A stretch of 30,200 nucleotides of DNA, from the NCBI GenBank assembly GCA_964527275.1, contig CAZGPF010000001.1:1-30200 (forward strand), given 5' to 3'. The DNA comes from an uncultured Desulfosarcinaceae bacterium (GTDB lineage: Bacteria > Desulfobacterota > Desulfobacteria > Desulfobacterales > Desulfosarcinaceae). Below are positions 24,042 through 30,200 of the stretch, in pieces. The notes beneath the pieces were generated by a model that ran no database searches, was not told where the DNA came from, and worked only from the letters and a program-made list of their open reading frames with translations. The translations under genes and the position numbers were made by a program. Position 1 is the first letter of the stretch, and the number at the start of each line of letters is the position of its first letter.

Positions 24042-24889
24042 CACGCCTCTGTGCAGATGATATCCATGAGATTGCCGCTACCATGCCGGCATACGAACGC
24101 AGGCTGCGGAAAGTGACCGGACACAGCCTGCGGGAGTTGGCCCTGCGGGCCTGTGGATACCATGACGCCACTTTACGGTTGGGCTTCGATGACGACCCCA
24201 CCGTGGTGGTTCCGGTAACATCGGGAAAGGGGATCATCGACGGCTTTTCGGACGCCGTAGCCGCCATATTGAACCACATCGGGTTTAAGGCCCATGTCGC
24301 TTCCCGTCTGGATGTGGCTGGGCTGGCCGATGCCTGCGAGAGCGGGGCGCGCATGGTTCTGATGGCCGATGATCACAGCTTCAATGCGCTGAATCTTTTT
24401 ACCCGCCGTGTGGCGGACAACAGCACGGCCACGGGTCGAGGTTTTGCCACCGCCCTGGAGTTGCTGGCCGGTCCGTTGCAAGGCAGACCAGTGTTGGTTT
24501 TGGGTTGTGGTGCGGTGGGTCGAGGCGCCGCTATCCTCCTGGCCGACCTGGGCGCCAGTGTAGGGCTTTTGGATCGGGAGGTGGAAAAGGCGCGGGCACT
24601 CGCGGCATCGATTACGTCGTATCTAGAGCTTCCGGTGGTTATTGAAGATCAGTTGGAACGGGTTGTTTCGAGATACGACCTGATATTGGATGCCACGCCA
24701 GCGGCCAACATCATAGCCCCGTCTTTTGTGACGCCCCGGACCGTAATCTCGGCTCCCGGGGTTCCTTGCGGGCTGCATCCTCTTAAAATGGCGGATATGG
24801 CCTCGCGTCTGATTCACGATCGATTGCAAATCGGAGTGGCCACCATGGCCGTAGAGGCCTGGCTGCCGCCCCCCGGGTCCCGAGCATGA
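24038..24889 (+). CDS. pylD: 3-methylornithyl-N6-lysine dehydrogenase (pyrrolysine synthase)
   Basis: MTRL, VVPVTSGKGIIDGFSDAV, MADDHSF, DNSTATGRGF, Rossmann VLGCGAVG, PGVPCG and HDRLQIGVATM. ATGA overlap with pylC. Confidence 0.92.
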   Translation: MTRLCADDIHEIAATMPAYERRLRKVTGHSLRELALRACGYHDATLRLGFDDDPTVVVPVTSGKGIIDGFSDAVAAILNHIGFKAHVASRLDVAGLADACESGARMVLMADDHSFNALNLFTRRVADNSTATGRGFATALELLAGPLQGRPVLVLGCGAVGRGAAILLADLGASVGLLDREVEKARALAASITSYLELPVVIEDQLERVVSRYDLILDATPAANIIAPSFVTPRTVISAPGVPCGLHPLKMADMASRLIHDRLQIGVATMAVEAWLPPPGSRA

Positions 24890-25233
24890 CCAAGAGGCGC
24901 CAAAGAAAAGCGACCAAACGCTACTATCGTAAGCGGGTTGAATTATTCCGTCTGCTTGCTAAGATTAAACTATGGCCGTCGCGTCGGGGGGTGCTGCACG
25001 GCATCAGGACCATCGAGGTTGCAGGGGACTATGCCTTGGTGGTCACCCACTGCGGACGCAGCTTCAGGGTGCGAAATTCGCGCAACAGCCGAGCAGCCCG
25101 CTGGCTGCGCAACAAATGGTTTCATGGCGTATGCTCCCTTTGTAGGGTGCCTGATTGGAAGCTCGAAAAATATGCTGCCACACGGTTTTCACGCAAGAGT
25201 GGATCGGATCTTAGCCATCATACCCCATCCTGA
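24886..25233 (+). CDS. pylSn: Pyrrolysyl-tRNA synthetase N-terminal tRNA-binding subunit
   Basis: KRYYRKRVELFRLLAKIKLWPSRRGVLHGI..THCG..VRNSRNSRAARWLRNKW..C..CRVPDWKLEKY. Last gene of the canonical bacterial pyl gene order. Confidence 0.95.
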   Translation: MTKRRQRKATKRYYRKRVELFRLLAKIKLWPSRRGVLHGIRTIEVAGDYALVVTHCGRSFRVRNSRNSRAARWLRNKWFHGVCSLCRVPDWKLEKYAATRFSRKSGSDLSHHTPS

Positions 25234-25261
25234 TGGGTTATCTGACCGGCGCAGGCGCTCG

Positions 25262-26290
25262 ATGCGAATGCACCTGAGCGCGTCCTTTGCGCTGTTAATG
25301 GCCTGCCTGGCGTTTGCCGCCTGTCAATTTTCCTGGGGAGAGCCGGAAAAGAGGGTGGTTCGACTCCACGACGATCAGATCGACATGTTGCAGATCAACA
25401 ACGCCATCGCCGAGTTTATCATCGAGAAGGGATATGGCCATGCGGTGGAGCGCGTAGAGTGCACCACCAAGGAGATGCAGCGCCTGATGGTCCAGGGCGA
25501 TATCGATGTGGCCCTGGAAGTCTGGAAAAGTAACAACCAGGAGTGGTACCGACGCGAGGTCGCCGGCGGTCGTATACTCGATCTGGGAGCGATCTACGCT
25601 GACGGGAATCAGTTCTGGGTTATACCGGCCTGGATGGCCCGGGAACATAATATTCGCACGGTGGCGGACATGCGTCAGCCCTGGAGGTTGTTTCAAGATC
25701 CCGAGGACGCCTCCAAGGGACTATTTTTCAACTGTATCACAGGCTGGACATGCCTTGAGATCAACACCGTCAAGCTGGAAGCCTACGGACTCAACAAATT
25801 TTACAATGCCGTATCACCCATTTCCCCGGAGGCCTTGAGGGCGGTCCTTGAAAATGCCCAGCTTAAGCGAGTACCGGTTTTCGGTTACTATTGGACACCC
25901 AACTCCCTAATGGCCTCTTATCAATGGCAGGTGTTAGAAGAGCCGTCCTATTCTGAACAGTGCTGGGAAAAGGTAGTCAAGGCGGCCAACGACAAGACCC
26001 TGCGTCCGCTTGACGAAGCCTGTGAATACGAACAGACACCCGTCCACAAATTTGCAAGCCAGGAGTTGGCCGGTCGTCTGCCTGATGTGCTGGAAGTCAT
26101 GCAAAAAATGGCGGTCAATGCTGAGTCTTTGAGCGATACCCTCTCCTGGGTATTTCGTCAGGGCGGGCAAAAGTGGAACGCTGCGGCGGTCTATTTTCTG
26201 CGTAGCTATCCGGAACAGTGGCGCACCTGGGTTACAGCCCCGGCGCGCAACAGGATCGAGGATGCCCTGGCTGAAATTAACGGCCCCTGA
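25262..26290 (+). CDS. Periplasmic substrate-binding protein, ProX/OpuAC (betaine/proline) family
   Basis: Hydrophobic signal ending LAFAAC (possible lipobox), then GDIDVALEVW, WVIP, FQDPED.SKG.FFNCITGWTC and FGYYWTP. The track extension to 24938 overlaps pylSn and is rejected. Confidence 0.8.
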   Translation: MRMHLSASFALLMACLAFAACQFSWGEPEKRVVRLHDDQIDMLQINNAIAEFIIEKGYGHAVERVECTTKEMQRLMVQGDIDVALEVWKSNNQEWYRREVAGGRILDLGAIYADGNQFWVIPAWMAREHNIRTVADMRQPWRLFQDPEDASKGLFFNCITGWTCLEINTVKLEAYGLNKFYNAVSPISPEALRAVLENAQLKRVPVFGYYWTPNSLMASYQWQVLEEPSYSEQCWEKVVKAANDKTLRPLDEACEYEQTPVHKFASQELAGRLPDVLEVMQKMAVNAESLSDTLSWVFRQGGQKWNAAAVYFLRSYPEQWRTWVTAPARNRIEDALAEINGP

Positions 26291-26320
26291 TAGCGCGAAG
26301 CGAGAACGCCAAAACGAAAA

Positions 26321-28660
26321 ATGCGACTGATCAAGCGAACCGCTAAAAAACGAGATGCGAAATCTCTCCTGGCCTTTAAAAGCCTGCGCGTCAAGATTGT
26401 GCTGCTTGCGCTGATCCCGATTTTTTTTGTTATGGGGGTCGTCTCCATTACGGCGTACCAGGCCGTCATCAAAACCGCCCGGGATGTGGGCGAAAGGCGC
26501 GATATCGAACTTGCGCGCATTGCAGCCGCCCGCCTGGCGGAAAACCTTAGCCAATATGTGCGCAATCTCCAGAACCTGGCCGCCTCAGACCATTGCCGTT
26601 CGCTGAATCCCAAGCGTATCGGCAGCCTGTTAAACGCAACCGGAAGCTGGCTCTATCTCTATGACGGAGGGGTAACGGTCTACAACCACAAGGGCGGTAC
26701 GGTCTGGTCAACCCCCTACTCGGATCGCAAGCTTTCCGGTGCCTTTCCCTTTCCCGCAAGTTTCGACCAACTGCGCCGGACGTTGAGGCCGGTATTCTCC
26801 AATGTGTTTCACACCGCGCCTTCAGACGTGGAAGTGATCATGATAGGTGTGCCGATTATCGGTCTGGATGGTAATTTCAAGGGGGCGCTGACTGGTCTAT
26901 GCAGCGTAAAATATTCTTTGTTGGGAACCACCTACAGCCGGGTACTGGAGTTTAAATCGGGGCACAGCGCCTATGCCTACCTGGTGGATGGCAACGGACG
27001 GGTTCTCTACCATAGGCACAGCTCGCTACTCGGCACCATGATGAAACAATCGGACCCCGTTGCCAGGGTCATGCGCGGGGAGAGCGGGGCCATGCTGACA
27101 CGCGGCCCCACGGGAAAGCTTATCATCTCGGGATTCGCCCCCGTCCCCGGCACCGGATGGGGGATTATCACCAATGAAGATTGGGCGGTGCTTAACAAAC
27201 CGATCATCGCCTACATCAAGTATTTCTGGGGGCTATTGTGGGTCGGCGGCATCCTCTCGGCCCTGCTGATCTTTATTTTTATCAGCCGCTGCCTGAAGCC
27301 CATCGCCGGATTGACCCGGGGGGCCGAACAGATTGCCGCAGGGAAATTTGACAAGATCACCGTGCGTCGGACCGGCGATGAGCTGGAAGATCTGGCCCTG
27401 CGGTTCAACACCATGGCCGATGCCCTTAAAGACTCGTTTACGAGCCTGGAAAAGCGCGTCATTGAGCTTAACCAGACACGCAACGCCCTGGAGGAGAGCC
27501 GGGAGAGATTTGTGCTCTTCATGGAGCACCTGCCTGGCAGGGCCTTCATCCAGGACCGGGAGGGCAACGTCGTTTTTGCCAACCGGCTGCATCAAAAGAC
27601 GCTCGCCACAGCCCAGACCAGGGCGTCGGTTCTTCCCTCCCCCGATCCCTGGATGCAAAAGGGCGCCTCCGTTACGGAAAGCTCTGAAATCATGGTGGAT
27701 ACAGGTGACATAAAAAAAAGCGAAGAGGTTTACCGCACCCGGGAGGGAGTGACCGATTGGCTGACATACCGCTTTCCTATTTATGCCGACCAAGTGCCTC
27801 GGTTTACCGGGGGCATTGCCATCAATATCACTGAGCGCAAGCGCGCCGAGGAGGAGTTGGCCCGTCACCGCAATCATCTTGAGGAGCTGGTTAAAGAACG
27901 CACCCGTGATCTGGAAGCCGCCCAGGAGGAGCTGATCAAGCATGAAAAGCTCTCCATGCTTGGGCAGCTGACCGCCACGGTCAGTCATGAGTTGCGTAAC
28001 CCGCTTAGCGTTATCCACTCTTCTATTTACTATCTGCGACGGATTTGCCACGAAGCGGACGAGAAGACTTGCCAGCATCTGGGCCGCATCGAAGAACAGG
28101 TCCAGATGTGCGACACTATCGTCAACGATCTGCTGGACTATACCCGGGCGCGCCAGCCAGACCCCGTCTTCGAACAGATCAATCCGTTTCTGGAAAAAGT
28201 TCTTGACCAACTCCAGATTCCCGCCAATGTAAGCCTAGTGCGTGAACTGGCGCCGGAGATGCCCATCGTGCCTTTCGACCGCAACAAACTCCAACGCGTT
28301 GTTACCAATCTGGTGGACAATGCCGTAAATGCCGTGCAGATGAGAATGGAGAAAACCAACGCTGCTGACGATCTATATGAACCGGAAGTCCGCGTGGCCA
28401 CGCTCGCCGCTCGCAACAGCGTGCGTTTAAGGGTGGCCGACAATGGGGTGGGTATGACTCCCCAGGTGGCCGACCGGGCCTTCGATCCATTGTATACCAC
28501 CTGGGCGCGAGGTGTAGGACTCGGCCTGGCCATAGTCAAAAAGATTGCTGACGAGCATAATGGTATGGTCTACTTGGATACCCAACCTGACCACGGTACC
28601 CGCATCACCGTGGAAATACCCAGATGGGGGCAGAATGACTGCCAGCAAAAGGGAGCCTGA
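26321..28660 (+). CDS. Membrane sensor histidine kinase (TM, Cache-like periplasmic domain, TM, HAMP, PAS-like, HisKA, HATPase)
   Basis: Two hydrophobic helices, Cache-like YAYLVDGNGRVLYH and SGFAPVPGTGWGII, HAMP GDELEDLALRFNTMA, H-box SHELRNPL, N-box NLVDNA, and DNGVGM and GVGLGLAI. Confidence 0.9.
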   Translation: MRLIKRTAKKRDAKSLLAFKSLRVKIVLLALIPIFFVMGVVSITAYQAVIKTARDVGERRDIELARIAAARLAENLSQYVRNLQNLAASDHCRSLNPKRIGSLLNATGSWLYLYDGGVTVYNHKGGTVWSTPYSDRKLSGAFPFPASFDQLRRTLRPVFSNVFHTAPSDVEVIMIGVPIIGLDGNFKGALTGLCSVKYSLLGTTYSRVLEFKSGHSAYAYLVDGNGRVLYHRHSSLLGTMMKQSDPVARVMRGESGAMLTRGPTGKLIISGFAPVPGTGWGIITNEDWAVLNKPIIAYIKYFWGLLWVGGILSALLIFIFISRCLKPIAGLTRGAEQIAAGKFDKITVRRTGDELEDLALRFNTMADALKDSFTSLEKRVIELNQTRNALEESRERFVLFMEHLPGRAFIQDREGNVVFANRLHQKTLATAQTRASVLPSPDPWMQKGASVTESSEIMVDTGDIKKSEEVYRTREGVTDWLTYRFPIYADQVPRFTGGIAINITERKRAEEELARHRNHLEELVKERTRDLEAAQEELIKHEKLSMLGQLTATVSHELRNPLSVIHSSIYYLRRICHEADEKTCQHLGRIEEQVQMCDTIVNDLLDYTRARQPDPVFEQINPFLEKVLDQLQIPANVSLVRELAPEMPIVPFDRNKLQRVVTNLVDNAVNAVQMRMEKTNAADDLYEPEVRVATLAARNSVRLRVADNGVGMTPQVADRAFDPLYTTWARGVGLGLAIVKKIADEHNGMVYLDTQPDHGTRITVEIPRWGQNDCQQKGA

Positions 28661-30200
28661 TGGAACTTCCGTCTATTCTCATAGTGGATGACGATGCCGC
28701 GCACTGCGCCAACCTCGAGGATATTCTCAAACTGGAAGGTTACACCACCGTAACCGCCGGATCGGTGGCCACGGCCCATGAGCGATTCGAGGATCACCGG
28801 CCCACCATTCTGCTGCTCGATCTTAAATTGCCCGATGGGACGGGTACCCAGTTGTTGGCCGAGTTGAAGCAGAAGAACCCCGATTGCTACGGCGTGATCA
28901 TAACGGCCCACGCGGACCTCGATTCGGCGGTGGCAGCCCTTGACGAAGGGGCATACTACTATCTGCGCAAGCCGTTTCGGGTGGACGAATTGCTGGGGCT
29001 TTTAAAACGCATATTCGAAGCCATCCGGCTACGGGATCAGAAACGCCAGGCTGAACGCGCCCTGCGCCACAGCCAGGAAAAATTGGCCGGTATCATCGAC
29101 GCCGTGGCCGATATCATGTTGATGATCGATGAGCACGGGACCGTTACCTGGACCAATGAAATGGGCCGCCGCATTTTCGGCCCCGACCTAGAGGGGCACG
29201 GCTACAGCGAAGTCATCCACGGGCAGGACTCACCACCGGAGGAGTGTATCGTCCAGCAATGTTTTGCTGACAGTTCCCAGAACGACATGGAGATCGTGAT
29301 TACCGACAGAGAGGGCCTCAAGTTGAATTTCTGGTTCACCGCCAACGTGGCCCTGAAGGACCGCTGGGGGGCCCCCAGGCATGTGGTCATGGTCGGTCGT
29401 AACACCACCGAGATCAAGAACCTCCAGGCCGAGGCGTCCCGCAACGCACATCTGGCCTCCCTGGGGGAACTGGCCGCCGGAGTGGCCCATGAGATTAACA
29501 ACCCCATCAACGGCATCATCAATTATGGTGAAATCCTCGTTGAGCAGTGCGCCAAGACCGGGTCAGACGACGACATTCCGCAACGCATCATCAAGGAAGG
29601 CGACCGCATTGCGCTAATCGTGCGTAAGCTGCTCTCATTTGCTCGTGAAGGCAATGACGAACGAGTAGCTGTGGATTTGTCAGCCGTCCTGCTGGATGCG
29701 CTGGAACTCAACCAGGCCATGCTCGACAAGGACCACATTCAATTGAAGCTCGAAATCGAGGACTCGCTGCCCCACTGCCTGGTGGATGCCCAGCAGATCC
29801 AGCAGATTTTTCTGAACATCATCAGCAACGCCCGGCACGCGCTGACCTGGAAATATCCCCAGGCAGATCCCGACAAAGTTCTTACCATCGGCATGCAACC
29901 AGTTGAGCTTGAAGGCCAACCCCATGTGCGGACCTTCTTTACCGATCGGGGGGAAGGTATTGCGGCTGATATTCTGGACAAAATCTGCAACCCTTTTTTT
30001 TCCACCAAACCGGCCGACCGAGGAACCGGACTGGGTTTGAGTATCAGTTTCAGCATTGTCGAAAATCACAGCGGCCACCTCTGGTTCGAGAGTGTGGAAG
30101 GCGAGTTTACCAAGGTGGTAATTGACCTGCCAACTTCTATCCCCGAGGTAACTACTCAGAGCACTTCATCTTCGGCCCTTCAGGCCTTTCCATATAGCGA
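28660..30200 (+). CDS. Cytoplasmic hybrid kinase (REC, PAS-like, HisKA, HATPase); frame open to the window end
   Basis: Absent from the ORF track because there is no stop before the window end; translated by hand. MELPSILIVDDD, LLLDLKLPD (Asp at 28819), ITAH, YLRKPF, AGVAHEINNP (His at 29488), NIISNA, DRGEG, PFFSTK and GTGLGLSI. The start overlaps the previous stop (TGATG). Confidence 0.88.
   Translation, partial: MELPSILIVDDDAAHCANLEDILKLEGYTTVTAGSVATAHERFEDHRPTILLLDLKLPDGTGTQLLAELKQKNPDCYGVIITAHADLDSAVAALDEGAYYYLRKPFRVDELLGLLKRIFEAIRLRDQKRQAERALRHSQEKLAGIIDAVADIMLMIDEHGTVTWTNEMGRRIFGPDLEGHGYSEVIHGQDSPPEECIVQQCFADSSQNDMEIVITDREGLKLNFWFTANVALKDRWGAPRHVVMVGRNTTEIKNLQAEASRNAHLASLGELAAGVAHEINNPINGIINYGEILVEQCAKTGSDDDIPQRIIKEGDRIALIVRKLLSFAREGNDERVAVDLSAVLLDALELNQAMLDKDHIQLKLEIEDSLPHCLVDAQQIQQIFLNIISNARHALTWKYPQADPDKVLTIGMQPVELEGQPHVRTFFTDRGEGIAADILDKICNPFFSTKPADRGTGLGLSISFSIVENHSGHLWFESVEGEFTKVVIDLPTSIPEVTTQSTSSSALQAFPYS
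30148..30200 (+). mobile_element. Left-end fragment of the same MITE-like element, truncated by the window end
   Basis: 53/53 nt identical to 21612-21664; begins GTAACTACTCAG. Confidence 0.88.

Noticed and set aside
5495-26290. Extended N-termini in the ORF track for etfA (6733), the activator (11903), pylB (21754), pylC (22707) and the binding protein (24938)
   Set aside because: The extensions overlap neighbouring genes, the regulatory region or the MITE. The downstream starts match family N-termini, and most have an RBS or stop-start coupling.
2326-28210. Long antisense or alternate-frame ORFs (e.g. 2326-3483, 9131-9847, 9915-10718, 13015-14136, 21973-22650, 27233-28210)
   Set aside because: They are shadows of well-supported genes on the opposite strand in GC-rich DNA, with no motifs or RBS support.
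98-30147. Selenocysteine (TGA) recoding or programmed frameshifts
   Set aside because: No gene shows family similarity continuing past a TGA or switching frame; all recognised proteins appear full length.
1-30200. Circular element or excised island, since the window ends in a left MITE end and begins in a right MITE end
   Set aside because: The flanks differ (TCCCCGAG at 30140-30147 versus AGCTTTTT at 53-60), so they are not the two sides of one insertion under the 8-bp duplication rule seen at 21604/21784. No integrase, replication or transfer genes are present.

Overview
GC-rich window, probably from an anaerobic Desulfobacterota-like bacterium (inferred from gene content, not verified). 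It is almost entirely one catabolic locus with four linked modules. (1) Organosulfonate desulfonation: xsc, a class-III aminotransferase, a GntR/FCD regulator and ackA. (2) A minus-strand arm with a corrinoid reductive activator (RamA/RACo type), a dimethylglycine/sarcosine-dehydrogenase-like GcvT-domain flavoprotein and etfBA. (3) A plus-strand arm with a TauABC-like transporter carrying an extra, catalytically degenerate ATPase, a methyl-THF:corrinoid methyltransferase, a non-pyrrolysine MttB-family enzyme, a pyrrolysine MttB with an in-frame TAG at 19391, a corrinoid protein, and a complete bacterial pyl cassette (pylT, pylSc, pylB, pylC, pylD, pylSn). (4) An orphan betaine-type binding protein followed by two histidine kinases. 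A 172-bp non-coding element with 12-bp terminal inverted repeats and an 8-bp target duplication sits between pylSc and pylB, and partial copies form both ends of the window. The main hypothesis is that the locus encodes an anaerobic pathway for N-methylated taurines (sulfobetaine osmolytes), combining cobalamin- and flavin/THF-dependent demethylation with Xsc desulfonation. This rests on gene context only.
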